Assembly (NCBI GenBank): GCA_963775425.1
Contig: CAVZJB010000011.1
Span: forward strand, 416,001-480,000
From: an uncultured delta proteobacterium
Lineage (GTDB): Bacteria; Myxococcota; UBA727; VGSZ01
DNA: 64,000 nucleotides
Reading direction: 5' to 3'
Of this stretch, positions 50,949-61,349 are shown in pieces (position 1 is the stretch's first letter; each line of letters starts with the position of its first letter). Position numbers and translations under genes: made by a program. The notes beneath the pieces are model-generated. The model worked only from the letters and a program-made list of their open reading frames with translations. It had not been told where the DNA came from and did not search any database.

Positions 50949-51095
50949 CGTGAGGCTCTCCACGTCAGGAAGGAGGCAGCATAGTGCAACCCCGGCGCCG
51001 AGGCGAAAACGGCACCATCGGTCACGATACGGCGACGACGACTCCGGCGCGGGTACGGGCTTGTGTCGGGGCCCACGAAAGACAAGAACGCGGGG

Positions 51096-52091
51096 ATGGA
51101 GAACCTTCGCGCGCGCATCATCGGGACCGGCGGCTGGTGCCCGCCTCGCGTGGTCACCAACGCGGACATGGCCAAGATCGTCGATACGAGCGACGAGTGG
51201 ATCCGCACCCGCACCGGCATCGTCGAGCGCCACCTGATCGAGAAGGAGGGCGACCTCGCCTCGACGGAGATGGCCGAGCCGGCGTGTCGGGCCGCGCTCG
51301 AGAGGGCCGGCGTCTCGCCGCTCGACATCGACATGATCGTCGTCGGCACCGTCACGCCCGACCTCCGCCTCCCCTCCGCCGCGTGCCTGCTCCAGGCAAA
51401 GCTCGGCTGCAAGAACGCCAGCGCCTTCGACGTCGTCGCCGCCTGCGCCGGCTCGCTGTACGCGCTCACCGTCGTCGACAAGTTCATCCGCACGGGGACC
51501 GTCAAGCGCGCCCTCGTCGTCGGCGTCGAGACCATGACGTCGATCACCAACTGGAGCGACCGCAACACCTGCGTCCTCTTCGGCGACGCCGCCGGTGCCA
51601 TGGTCGTCGAGGCGGCCCCCGCCGACGGCCCCGGCGTCCTCGACACCGCCATCTACTCCGACGGCACGGCGTGGGAGCACCTCTACATCCCCGCCGGCGG
51701 CAGCAAGACGCGCATGACGCAGGAGCTGCTCGACGGGCAGGCCGATCGCATCAAGATGAACGGGCGCGAGGTCTACAAGATCGCCGTGCGCGCGCTCGTG
51801 GACGCCGCCGAGAAGATCCTGAAGAAGAACGGGCTGACGTCGTCGGACGTGAAGCTCGTCGTGGCGCACCAGGCGAACATCCGCATCATCGAGGCCGTGG
51901 CCGAGCGCGTTCACATCCCCATGGAGCGCTTCGTCATCAACATCGATCACTACGGGAACACGTCGTCGGCGTCGGCCCTGGTCACCTTCGATGAGGCCGT
52001 CCGCGACGGCCGGATGAAGCCCGGCGACCTCGTGCTCATGCTCGCCATCGGCGCCGGCATGGCGTGGAGCGCCATCCTCTACCGCGCCTGA
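51096..52091 (+). CDS. fabH: 3-oxoacyl-ACP synthase III
   Basis: DTSDEWIRTRTGI, AACAG (Cys), LFGDAAGA, HQAN, GNTSSAS. Confidence 0.93.
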   Translation: MENLRARIIGTGGWCPPRVVTNADMAKIVDTSDEWIRTRTGIVERHLIEKEGDLASTEMAEPACRAALERAGVSPLDIDMIVVGTVTPDLRLPSAACLLQAKLGCKNASAFDVVAACAGSLYALTVVDKFIRTGTVKRALVVGVETMTSITNWSDRNTCVLFGDAAGAMVVEAAPADGPGVLDTAIYSDGTAWEHLYIPAGGSKTRMTQELLDGQADRIKMNGREVYKIAVRALVDAAEKILKKNGLTSSDVKLVVAHQANIRIIEAVAERVHIPMERFVINIDHYGNTSSASALVTFDEAVRDGRMKPGDLVLMLAIGAGMAWSAILYRA

Positions 52092-52149
52092 GCGACCCGC
52101 CGCGGGCCGCGTTCGAGCGGGCGTGCGACAGGGTTGGTAGGCTCTCCGC

Positions 52150-53550
52150 GTGGAGTCGCTCCTCCGCGCCTCGCTCGCTACGTTCGCGGCGCTCTCGATC
52201 CTCGGGGGGCTCTCGGCGTTGATGAAGATCGAGCCGCCGCACAGGCTCGACAAGCTCTTCGTCATCGTCCACCACGCCTTCGCGCTCCTCCTCGCGGTCG
52301 CCGCGCTGCTCGCGGCGCGCGTGGGCGGCGGCGACGGACGCGCCCTGTTGCTGTCGGCTGCGGCGCCGCTCCTGGTGCTGTGTCTGCAGGACGTCGTCAG
52401 CCCGCGCGTCGCGCTCCTCGGCGTCCCGCTGTTCGCCACCGGCGTGCTCGCGCAGGTGCTGGTGCTCGTTCACGCGATCCCCGCCGAGCTCGTCGGACCG
52501 ACGTGCGCGGGCATCGGCGCCGGCTCTTGCGCCGCCGGCGCGGTCGCCTGTGTCCTGCGCCGCCGCAGAGACAGGACCCCGAGGGTGCGGGCGCTCCTCG
52601 GCGCGCAGGCGCTCGCGCTGACGCTGGCGGTGGTCGCGGCGCTCCTCGGGTTCCTGCCCAACGACGTCGGCGCGTCCGCCTGGGCCGTCGGCCTCGGCAC
52701 CGCGGGCGCCGTCGCCACCGCCGCGCGGCTCGCGCCGCGCGCGCCGCCCGGGACGCGCGAGATCCTGAGCGGCGCCGTGGTCTTCTCGCTGTTGCTCGCG
52801 GTCGGGTCGGCGGCGTCGCTGCCGATCGCGGAGTCCTTGATCGCCGCGGGTTGGGCGGCGCAGGTGTCGGTGGCGGTCTTCGCTCTCGTGCGCGCGTCCG
52901 TCGACGTCGGGCGCGCCACGGCGCTGCCCCCGCGCGAGCCACCGCTCGACGTGGCGCTGCCGTCGGCGCAGGCGCTCGGGGCCATGGCGCCGTTCCTCGA
53001 CGACGCCATCTTGCGCCGGCCGGGACGCCCGCGCGTGATTGCGCGCGTCCCTGCGCGCCGGCTCCTCGACGCGGCGCTCGATCGCGCGCGCGGCGCGCAG
53101 CCCGCCCTGCGCGGCCGGCGCGAGGACGTCCTGCGCGTCGACGTGGTGGGCAGCGAGGTCGACGTCGACGTCGACGGCGACCCCGCCGACCTCGCCGAAG
53201 CGCTGTGTGCCGTCCTCGACAACGCCTTTCGCGCGCGCGTGGAACACCCCGACGTGCGGGTGGAGGTGCACCTGCGCGGCAGCCCCGCCGCGGTCACCTT
53301 CGAGATCTCCGACGTCCTGCCGGAGGGCGCCGAGCCCGCCCCCGGCGCCGGCATCGCCGACGCCGACGCCCCCTTCATGCACCCGCGCGCCGACGTCGAC
53401 CGCCCCGGCCTCGGCGTCTCCCTCGCCCGCGCCCGCGTCCTCGTCGAGCGAAACGGCGGCAAGCTCCTGACGCGCAGCTCCGCCGACGGCTCCACCGTGC
53501 AGGTGACGATGCCGCGCCGGATCCAGAAGGGCGCCGTGGGCCACGCGTAA
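52150..53550 (+). CDS. Multi-TM membrane protein with degenerate HATPase domain (no recognisable H-box)
   Basis: Multiple TM helices; LAEALCAVLDNAFRA (N-box), GLGVSLARARVLVERNGG (G2). Confidence 0.6.
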   Translation: MESLLRASLATFAALSILGGLSALMKIEPPHRLDKLFVIVHHAFALLLAVAALLAARVGGGDGRALLLSAAAPLLVLCLQDVVSPRVALLGVPLFATGVLAQVLVLVHAIPAELVGPTCAGIGAGSCAAGAVACVLRRRRDRTPRVRALLGAQALALTLAVVAALLGFLPNDVGASAWAVGLGTAGAVATAARLAPRAPPGTREILSGAVVFSLLLAVGSAASLPIAESLIAAGWAAQVSVAVFALVRASVDVGRATALPPREPPLDVALPSAQALGAMAPFLDDAILRRPGRPRVIARVPARRLLDAALDRARGAQPALRGRREDVLRVDVVGSEVDVDVDGDPADLAEALCAVLDNAFRARVEHPDVRVEVHLRGSPAAVTFEISDVLPEGAEPAPGAGIADADAPFMHPRADVDRPGLGVSLARARVLVERNGGKLLTRSSADGSTVQVTMPRRIQKGAVGHA

Positions 53551-53720
53551 CATCGCGCGCCCGCCGAGCAGACGGCGCGTCGTCGTCGTCCGGCGCACGT
53601 GCGCCGTCACGGTGAGGGGACTGCGATCCGGTTCTCGCGCCGCTGTGGCGGCGCGGGGCATGCGAGCCTCCGATCCGGCTCGTAGATCACGCCGACGGGC
53701 GCAACGCGATCCCCCCGCCC

Positions 53721-53846
53721 CGCGGTGGTCGCGGCCGCCGGTGCGCACGAGAGCCCTCCACACCGCTGCGAAGTCGCCACAGCGACACCGCTGCATCTTC
53801 CGCTTCGACGTCTCGGTGTCAGCGCACCGGCGGCGGGACCACCGCG
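53721..53846. repeat. ~25-bp near-perfect inverted repeat flanking ~75 nt
   Basis: CGCGGTGGTCGCGGCCGCCGGTGCGC (53721-53746) / GCGCACCGGCGGCGGGACCACCGCG (53822-53846). Confidence 0.75.
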
Positions 53847-53887
53847 CGTGCCGGCACTGACCCTTTTCCGCTGTGCGGATCACTTCT

Positions 53888-55186
53888 CTAGGGGTCGTCG
53901 ACGGGCGCGCGCTTCGCGCTCGGGTCGAGGCGCCGGCTGAGGAGGGCGCGGACGGCGTCGGTCGGCGCCGCCGCCAGCGCGCGCTCGCGATACCGGCGAC
54001 ACGTCTCGGCGTGGCCCGCGCGGCGATGGAGGTCGGCGAGGACCGCGTCCCAGAGGTAGGAGGCCTCGAGCCAGCGCGGAGGCGCCACGCCGTCGAGGAG
54101 CGCGAGCGCGGCTTCCACGCCCTGCCACTCGGCGACGGCGACGGCGCGGTTGAGCGCGTGAAGGGGCGACGGCGCGGCGCGCTCGAGCATGGCGTAGAGA
54201 TCGGCGATCTCCTTCCAGCGCGTGTCCGAAAACGACGGCGCGAAGCAGTGCTCGGCGGCGATGCCCGCTTCGGCGTGATAGCGCGAGAAGGTGCCGCCGC
54301 TCGCGGAGCGCGCGAGCCACGCGGCGCCGACGCGAATCCGGTCCTGGTCCCACAAGCTTCGATCCTGCTCCTCCAACAGCAGGAGGGCGCCGGCGCCGTC
54401 GACGCGGGCGGCGAAGCGCGCGGCGTGCAGGTGCATGAGCGCGAGCAACGCGAAGGTCTCGGGCGTCGCGCCGACGGGGTGCTCGGCGAGCAGCGTCGCG
54501 AGGCGCACCGCTTCGTCGCACAGCTCGTGCCGGAGCGCCGACTCCGCGCGCGCGCTCAGGTAGCCCTCGTTGAACAGCAGGTAGAGGACCTCGTGCACGC
54601 TCGCGATGCGCGTCGGCAGCGCGTCGAGCGGGAGTGAGGTGCGGCGCTCGACGGCGGTGCTCCGCAGCCGCTCGCGCGCGCGCTGCAGCCGCTTGTGCAC
54701 GTTCGCCTCGGTGGTGAACAGGCGCAACGCGATCTCCCCGGTGGAGAACCCGCACAGCGTCTTGAGGGCGAGGACCAGCCGCGACTCGCGCGGGATCTCT
54801 TCGTCGCAGCAAACGAAGAGCATGCGGAGCAGATCGTCGCGGACCTCGCCGGCGTAGTGCGCGGACGCCGGCGGCGCATCCACGGCCGCCATGCTCGCCA
54901 GCTCGGCCGCCGCCCCCTCGAGGATGCGCTTCCTGCCCGCGTCCTGTCGCAGCGCGCCGACGAGGTGGTTGCAGGCCACGCGATAGAGCCACGCGCCGGC
55001 GTCGTCGGGGACGCCCTTCGCCACCCACGCGCTCAGCGCCGCCGCGAGCGCGCTTTGCACCGCGTCCTCGACGAGCTCGATGTGCCGCACCCCGACCTTG
55101 CGCGCGAGCTGGGCCGTGAGCCTGCCGTACGCGTGGCGGAAGAAGTGCTCGACGAGCCCGGCCGCCGGGCCCTCGTCGCCGGTCAC
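53888..55186 (-). CDS. ECF sigma factor with C-terminal extension (DUF6596/TPR-like, YciI-associated type)
   Basis: VEDAVQSAL..W...GVPDDAGAWL; DDLLRMLFVCC; LYLLFNEGY; QDRSLWD; LNRAVAVAE. Confidence 0.85.
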   Translation of the reverse strand: MTGDEGPAAGLVEHFFRHAYGRLTAQLARKVGVRHIELVEDAVQSALAAALSAWVAKGVPDDAGAWLYRVACNHLVGALRQDAGRKRILEGAAAELASMAAVDAPPASAHYAGEVRDDLLRMLFVCCDEEIPRESRLVLALKTLCGFSTGEIALRLFTTEANVHKRLQRARERLRSTAVERRTSLPLDALPTRIASVHEVLYLLFNEGYLSARAESALRHELCDEAVRLATLLAEHPVGATPETFALLALMHLHAARFAARVDGAGALLLLEEQDRSLWDQDRIRVGAAWLARSASGGTFSRYHAEAGIAAEHCFAPSFSDTRWKEIADLYAMLERAAPSPLHALNRAVAVAEWQGVEAALALLDGVAPPRWLEASYLWDAVLADLHRRAGHAETCRRYRERALAAAPTDAVRALLSRRLDPSAKRAPVDDP

Positions 55187-55569
55187 ATCTGCGCGCCGGC
55201 CATCTCACGCACCTCGATGCGCGCGCCCGGTCCGCTCGGCATCTCCTGCGCGATGCGCACGGCCTCCTCGATGCTGTCCGCGGACACGATCATGAAGCCG
55301 CCGACGACCTCCTTGGCCTCGACGAACGGCCCGTCGCTCACGCCCGCGGCGCTCACGAGCTTGCCGCCGGACTTCAGCTTGTCGCCCCAGTCCACGATGT
55401 TGTCCTTGAACTTGTCCTTCCAGGCGTTCCACTTCGCGAACATCGCCTGCATCTGCTCCGGCGAGGGAGCCGGCGAGGGAGCCGGCGAGGGAGCCGGCGA
55501 CGGCGCGGGCCCGGCTTGGCCCTGGGAAGGCGGGCTGCGATGGAGAAACAGGTACTTGTGGCTCGGCAT
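55183..55569 (-). CDS. YciI/DGPF-domain protein
   Basis: SDGPFVEAKEVVGGFMIVSADSIEEAVRIA, IEVRE; APSP repeats. Confidence 0.85.
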   Translation of the reverse strand: MPSHKYLFLHRSPPSQGQAGPAPSPAPSPAPSPAPSPEQMQAMFAKWNAWKDKFKDNIVDWGDKLKSGGKLVSAAGVSDGPFVEAKEVVGGFMIVSADSIEEAVRIAQEMPSGPGARIEVREMAGAQM

Positions 55570-55759
55570 GGTCTCCTCCGTTATCCCCTTCGACGCGCGA
55601 GGGCACCCGGTCTGGACACCCACCCGTACGAATTTTCCTCTCTCCTCGCTGCGCCGCCCTCCGGTCTGCACTGTGCGAGCGCAGGAGGCGGCCGCCGGTG
55701 ATTTGCGGCCGCGGCCGAGCGACCCTTGCGCCGAGGCGTGCTCCGTGTAGCGTCGGCGC

Positions 55760-56821
55760 ATGATCGACGTCGTCGAGCTCACGGAGTCGCTGTGCTCCAT
55801 CCCGTCCGTCACCGGGGACGAGGCCGCCGCCGTCGACGACGTCGCCGCGCGCCTGAAGAAGCTCGGCGCCACGGTCACGCGGCAGCGGGTGCCCGACCAG
55901 GGCGAGGACAAGGCCGGCCGCGACAACCTCCTGGCGGTGCCCGCCGGCGCCGCCGCGCCCGAGCTGCTCTTGACCACGCACCTCGACACCGTGCCGCCGT
56001 TCCTGCCGCCCAAGCGCGTCGTCGCAGGCGGCGTCGAGCGGCTCACCGGCCGCGGCGTCATCGACGCCAAGGGCATCGCCGCGGCCATGATCGCAGCGTG
56101 GCAGACCCTGGTGGCCGCGGGCGAGACCCGCGTCGGCCTCCTGTTCGTCGTCGGCGAGGAGACCAACAGCGACGGCGCCCGCGCGGCCGCCGCCGGCTTC
56201 GCCCCGAAGGTGAAGCACTTCATCGACGGCGAGCCCACCGACGGCGTCCTCGTGCGCGCCATGAAGGGCGTGCTCGCCTTCGAGCTCGACGTCGACGGCG
56301 TCGCCGCGCACAGCGCGTACCCGGACGCCGGCAAGAGCGCCGTCCACCAGCTCATCGACGACCTCGCCCGCCTGCGCGCGGAGTCCTGGCCCGCCGACGA
56401 CGACGTCGGCGAGACCACGCTCAACGTCGGCGTGCTCGAGGGCGGCGTCGCCGCCAACGTCCTGGCGCCCCACGCGCGCGCCGTCTGCGTCATGCGCTGC
56501 AGCGCCGACGCAGACGCCCTCGAGGCGCGCATCCGGGGGCTGTTGTCGCCGTCGACGTTGATGGCGGTGCGCACGAAGAGCGGCCCGCAGCGCCTGGTGA
56601 CGCTGCCGGGCGAGGCCACCAAGGTGGTCGCGTTCGGCTCCGACGTGCCGCACCTCTCGCCGCTGTGCGCCGCCGCCGGCGGCCCGCTGCTCGTCGGGCC
56701 CGGCTCCATCCTCGACGCGCACACGTCCCACGAGGGCGTCGCCGTCGCCGACCTGCGCGCGGCCGTCGACGCGTACGCTTCCCTCAGCCGCCGCCTTCTC
56801 GCCGCCGGAGACGCCCGATGA
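55760..56821 (+). CDS. M20 family metallopeptidase (ArgE/DapE-like)
   Basis: [30 protein letters not shown]...AHT..E; coupled to dapD. Confidence 0.85.
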   Translation: MIDVVELTESLCSIPSVTGDEAAAVDDVAARLKKLGATVTRQRVPDQGEDKAGRDNLLAVPAGAAAPELLLTTHLDTVPPFLPPKRVVAGGVERLTGRGVIDAKGIAAAMIAAWQTLVAAGETRVGLLFVVGEETNSDGARAAAAGFAPKVKHFIDGEPTDGVLVRAMKGVLAFELDVDGVAAHSAYPDAGKSAVHQLIDDLARLRAESWPADDDVGETTLNVGVLEGGVAANVLAPHARAVCVMRCSADADALEARIRGLLSPSTLMAVRTKSGPQRLVTLPGEATKVVAFGSDVPHLSPLCAAAGGPLLVGPGSILDAHTSHEGVAVADLRAAVDAYASLSRRLLAAGDAR

Positions 56822-57756
56822 CCTCGCCCCTCGCCCCGCCCCTGCGCCCCGGCACCGTCGACGGCGGGAGCGTGCCCGACAAGGCGCGCGTCGACGCCGT
56901 CATGGCCGAGCTCGCACCGTTCCTGGACCTCGACGCCGCCGCTCTCATCGCCGACGACACCGCGCGCAACGCGCGCACCGCGTTCCGGCACTTCCTCGGG
57001 CTCCTCGAGGTGGGCGCCGTGCGCGCCGCCGGTCCCGTGGGCGCGGGCAAGGACGGCGCGCCGCGCTGGGAGGTCGACGCGCGGGTGAAGCGCGGCATCC
57101 TCTTTGGCTTCAAGCTCGGCAGGCTCGTCGAGCTCGGCGACGCCGCGCTGCCGTTCGTCGACAAGGACACCTACCCGGTGCGCGGCTTCGCCCCGGCCGA
57201 TCGGGTGCGCGTGGTCCCCGGCGGCTCGTCCGTGCGCCGCGGCGCGCACGTGGCGCCGAGCGTCACCATCATGCCGCCGGCGTACGTCAACGTCGGCGCG
57301 TTCGTCGACGAGGGCACGCTCGTCGACAGCCACGCGCTCGTCGGGAGCTGCGCGCAGATCGGCAAGCGGGTTCACCTGAGCGCGGCCGCGCAGGTGGGCG
57401 GTGTGCTCGAGCCCATCGGCGCCGTCCCCGTCGTCATCGAGGACGACGCGTTCGTCGGCGGCAACGTCGGCGTCTACGAGGGGACGCTCGTGCGCACGCG
57501 CGCGGTGCTGGCCGCCGGCGTGGTGCTCACCCGCTCCACCAAGGTGTTCGACGTCGTCAACGAGCGGGAGATCTCCGCCACGGCCGACGCGCCGCTCGAG
57601 ATCCCTGCCGGTGCGGTGGTGGTCCCCGGCTCGCGTCCGGCGTCGGGCGCGTGGGCCAAGGAGCGCGGGCTGCACGTCGCCACGCCGCTCATCGTGAAGT
57701 ACCGCGACGAAAAGACCGACGCCAAGGCGAGCCTCGAGTCCGTGCTGCGCGCCTGA
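56818..57756 (+). CDS. dapD: Tetrahydrodipicolinate N-succinyltransferase
   Basis: [63 protein letters not shown]. Confidence 0.92.
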   Translation: MTSPLAPPLRPGTVDGGSVPDKARVDAVMAELAPFLDLDAAALIADDTARNARTAFRHFLGLLEVGAVRAAGPVGAGKDGAPRWEVDARVKRGILFGFKLGRLVELGDAALPFVDKDTYPVRGFAPADRVRVVPGGSSVRRGAHVAPSVTIMPPAYVNVGAFVDEGTLVDSHALVGSCAQIGKRVHLSAAAQVGGVLEPIGAVPVVIEDDAFVGGNVGVYEGTLVRTRAVLAAGVVLTRSTKVFDVVNEREISATADAPLEIPAGAVVVPGSRPASGAWAKERGLHVATPLIVKYRDEKTDAKASLESVLRA

Positions 57757-57835
57757 GCGCCGTCGCCGCGGCTCCTCACACGCGCGCTGCCGGCGGGGGC
57801 GGACGGCGCGTGTTGTTACAGATGAGCGAAGAGCG

Positions 57836-60589
57836 ATGACGAAGCCCCTGCCCCCACGGCCCGAGGCGCCGGACGACCAGGCGCTCGTCGACGCGCTGGC
57901 GGGGCAATACGTCGTCGTCGCCCCCGACGTGCAGCTCACGGTCATCGCGGTGAGCGAGGCATACGCGCGCCTCGTGAGGTCCCGCCCCGAGGCAATCATG
58001 GGGCGGGGGCTCCTGGAGGTGCTCGCCGAGGATCTCCAGGACCGCGGCGCCTCGGTGGCGGACAGCATCGCCCGGGCGATCGAGTTGCGCGCGCCGGACG
58101 AGATGCCGCCCGAGCGCCGTGAGGATGACGGCGAGGAGCGCTGGCTTCGCGTGATCAACGCGCCGGTGCTCGGGGCGGACGGCGCGGTCCGCTCCGTCAT
58201 CCACCGCGTCGAAGACGTCACGTCTTGCGCGCGCAGGAGCGACGCCGGGATGGAGGCGCGCGCGAACGCGGTCGCGCAGATCGGGATCTGGTGGTTCGAC
58301 GTCGAGAACGACACGCGTCGCTGGTCCGACGAGCTCTACCGGATCTTCGGCGTCGCGCGAGGGACGGCGCTCAGTTGGGAGCGCCTCCTCGAGTGCGTCC
58401 ACCCCGATGATCGTGCGCAGCTCGCGCGCCTCCTGCCGGAGGCGAAGGGCGGTGCGACGATCGACTCCCAGTACAGGATCGTCGTCCGCGGTGAGACGCG
58501 CTGGGTGCGCGCGCGCACCGAGGTGCAGCCGGGCCCCGGGGGCATCCGCGTCGGCACCGTGCAGGACATCACCGATCTCAAGCGCGCCGAGGAGGACCTC
58601 GCCCGCGAGGAGGCGCTCCTGCGCAGCTTGTTCGAGGGAACCCCTGACGGGGTCTTCGTCGCCGACGGCGACGGCAACTACATCGACGTCAACCCCGCCG
58701 CGTGTCGCTTGCTCGGGTACTCCCGCGATGAGCTGCTCACCATGAACGTCAGGCAGCTCGTGGCGCCGAACGAGCTGCCGCGTCAGACGAGCCTGGTCGA
58801 CCGCCTGCGCGGCGGCGCGTTGGACGTCTCCGAGTGGCGCTTGAAGAAGAAGGACGGCACGTGGCTGCCGGTTGAGCTCAGCGCCAACGCGCTCCCCGAC
58901 GGCCGCCTGCAGGGGCTGGTGCGCGACATCACCGAGAGACGCCAGGCCGAGGACCGCCTCCGGCTCTCCGAGGAGAAGTACTCCGGCATCGTGTCCATGT
59001 CGGTCGACGCGGTCATCTCCATCGACGAGGACCAGCGCATCACCCTGTTCAACCAGGGCGCCGAGGCCATCTTCGGGTGGGCGCAGCGCGAGATCCTCGG
59101 GCAGCCGATCGACGTGCTGATCCCCGGGGCGCTCCGCGCGCTTCACCGAGAGCACATCGATGCTTTCGCTCGCGGCCCCGCCGCGTCGAAGCGGATGGGC
59201 GACCGAAACACCCCGATCGCCGGGAGGCGCAAAGACGGCGAGGAGTTCCCCGCCGACGCGGCCATCTCGAAGATCGACGTCGGCGGGCGACGCGTGCTCA
59301 CCGTGGTGCTCCGCGACGCCACCGAACAAAGGCGCGTGGAGCTCGAGGAGCGCTTCCTCTCCGAGGTCGGCGCGGTCCTCGCCAACACCCTGGACTTCGA
59401 CGACACGGTCGCGAGCATCGTGCGCCTCGCGCTCGACCTCGGCGACTGGAGCTTGCTGGTGGCGCTCGACGACGACGGCGGCATCCGCCGCACCGCGGTG
59501 TCGGCCGCGGACCCCGCGCGGCAACCCGCGGCGGACGCGCTCCGGAGCCTCCCCATCGGTCGCGGGCAGCCTCACCTCGGGCGCGAGGCGCTGTCGTCCG
59601 GGCGCCCCCACATCACGGTCTGTCGCACCGCCGAGCAAGTCCGCGACATGTTCCCCGACGACGAGCGCCGGCGGATCATCGAGGCGCTCGGCCTGGCGTC
59701 CGTGATGGAGGTGCCGCTGTTCGCCCACGGGCGGCTCGTGGGCGCGCTCGTGGTGGTCTCGGCTTCTCGTGTCAGGCGCTACGCCGCGACCGAGTTGCAC
59801 CTGCTCGACGGCCTCGGGCAGCGGGCGGCCCTGGCCCTCGAGAACGCGCGCCTGTACCACGCCGGGAAGGTGGCGCTCGAGGATCGCGACAGCGTGCTCG
59901 GCATCGTCGCGCACGACCTGCGCAACCCCCTCAACGCCATCCTGTTGGCGACGCAGGTGCAGGCCATGCGCGGCGCGGCGGGCGGGGGCCGGTCGGGCGA
60001 GACCATCAAGCACGCGGCGGAGCGGATGAACCGTCTGATCCAGGACCTGCTCGATGTCCGCCGCGCCGCCGCCGGCGGCCTCTCCCTCTCGCGCGAGCGC
60101 GTGGCACCGCGCGCCGCGTGCGAGGCCGCGGCGTCGGCGCAGCGACAGCTCGCGGAGGAGGCAGGGGTGGAGCTCGCCGTCGTCGCGCCCGCCGCCCTGC
60201 CGGACGCCTGGGGCGACGCCGGGCGCCTGTCGCAGGTGTTCGACAACCTGCTCGGCAACGCGCTCAAATTCACGCCGCGCGGAGGCCGCGTGACGCTCTC
60301 GGCGGCGCAGGAGGGGGACCACCTCTTGTTTCTGGTCGTCGACACGGGCCCCGGGATCCCCGAGGAGGTCCTCCCGCACGTGTTCGACCGTTTCTGGCAG
60401 GCCAAGAACGCCGACCGTGCGGGCGCAGGCCTCGGCCTCGCCATCGCCAAGGGGGTCGTGGAGGCCCACGGCGGTCGGATCTTCGTCGACAGCGTGCCTG
60501 GCCGAGGCGCCACGTTCGGCTTTACGATTCCGATCGCGCCGCGGTCCTCGTCGACGACCGGCGCCGAGCCGCCGCTCTCCGGCCGCTGA
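57836..60589 (+). CDS. Cytoplasmic multi-PAS/GAF sensor histidine kinase
   Basis: Several PAS domains (VHPDDR, DVNPAAC, FNQGAEAIFG), GAF, H-box AHDLRNPL, NLLGNALKF, DTGPGI, GLGLAI. Confidence 0.92.
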   Translation: MTKPLPPRPEAPDDQALVDALAGQYVVVAPDVQLTVIAVSEAYARLVRSRPEAIMGRGLLEVLAEDLQDRGASVADSIARAIELRAPDEMPPERREDDGEERWLRVINAPVLGADGAVRSVIHRVEDVTSCARRSDAGMEARANAVAQIGIWWFDVENDTRRWSDELYRIFGVARGTALSWERLLECVHPDDRAQLARLLPEAKGGATIDSQYRIVVRGETRWVRARTEVQPGPGGIRVGTVQDITDLKRAEEDLAREEALLRSLFEGTPDGVFVADGDGNYIDVNPAACRLLGYSRDELLTMNVRQLVAPNELPRQTSLVDRLRGGALDVSEWRLKKKDGTWLPVELSANALPDGRLQGLVRDITERRQAEDRLRLSEEKYSGIVSMSVDAVISIDEDQRITLFNQGAEAIFGWAQREILGQPIDVLIPGALRALHREHIDAFARGPAASKRMGDRNTPIAGRRKDGEEFPADAAISKIDVGGRRVLTVVLRDATEQRRVELEERFLSEVGAVLANTLDFDDTVASIVRLALDLGDWSLLVALDDDGGIRRTAVSAADPARQPAADALRSLPIGRGQPHLGREALSSGRPHITVCRTAEQVRDMFPDDERRRIIEALGLASVMEVPLFAHGRLVGALVVVSASRVRRYAATELHLLDGLGQRAALALENARLYHAGKVALEDRDSVLGIVAHDLRNPLNAILLATQVQAMRGAAGGGRSGETIKHAAERMNRLIQDLLDVRRAAAGGLSLSRERVAPRAACEAAASAQRQLAEEAGVELAVVAPAALPDAWGDAGRLSQVFDNLLGNALKFTPRGGRVTLSAAQEGDHLLFLVVDTGPGIPEEVLPHVFDRFWQAKNADRAGAGLGLAIAKGVVEAHGGRIFVDSVPGRGATFGFTIPIAPRSSSTTGAEPPLSGR

Positions 60590-60650
60590 CGCTCGGCGGG
60601 GAGGAACCCGCGGCGGCTTCGGGCATCGAAGACGAACGAGAGGGAATTCC

Positions 60651-61235
60651 ATGACCATGAATGACATCGCAGTGATCGGCGGCGGCCCCGCGGGCGCCAG
60701 CGCCGCCGTCTTCCTTGCGCGCGCCAAGCTGTCCACGCTCGTCCTCGACGCGGACCAGGGCATCACCCGGCGGGCGCAGCTCGACAACGCGCCCGGCTTC
60801 CCCGAGGGGATCACGGGGCCGGCGTTCGTCGACAAGGGCCACGAGCACATCAAGCGCGCGGGCGCCACGCTGGTGAAGGCCAAGATCGCCTCGCTCACGA
60901 AGAAGGAGGACGGCTTCTTGCTCACCGCCGAGGGCGGGGAGACGTTCGAGGCCAAGCAGGTGCTCCTCGCCACGGGCGTCGGCGTCGACCTCGCCAAGCA
61001 GGCCGGCGTCGACGTGAAACCCGCCACCGAGCCGCGCATCAAGGAGATCGTCGCCGTCGACGGCGAGGGCCGCACCAACGTCGCCGGCGTCTGGGCCGCG
61101 GGCACCGTCGCCGGCGTGAGCGTCCACGTCGCCGTCACCGCGGGCGACGGCGCGCGCGTGGCCATCAACATCGTGAGCGCCCTGCGCGGCCAACGCCACG
61201 TCGATCACGACGTGCTCCCTGCGCCGCAGACGTAG
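60651..61235 (+). CDS. Short FAD-dependent thioredoxin-reductase-like protein
   Basis: DIAVIGGGPAGASAA, VLLATG, TNVAGVWAAG; lacks NADPH domain and CxxC. Confidence 0.75.
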   Translation: MTMNDIAVIGGGPAGASAAVFLARAKLSTLVLDADQGITRRAQLDNAPGFPEGITGPAFVDKGHEHIKRAGATLVKAKIASLTKKEDGFLLTAEGGETFEAKQVLLATGVGVDLAKQAGVDVKPATEPRIKEIVAVDGEGRTNVAGVWAAGTVAGVSVHVAVTAGDGARVAINIVSALRGQRHVDHDVLPAPQT

Positions 61236-61349
61236 CGAAGCGGCGCGGGCTGCTCCCTGGCGCGGGCCCGCCGCCGCGCTCTGGACGTGTGCGTCGCGCG
61301 CGGGGCGCGGGCGTTGCGCTTTGCGCGGGGATCGGTCGAGGCTCGTGCG

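Noticed and set aside
55455-55500. 12-bp repeat GAGCCGGCGAGG x3
   Set aside because: Short APSP linker inside the YciI protein, low significance
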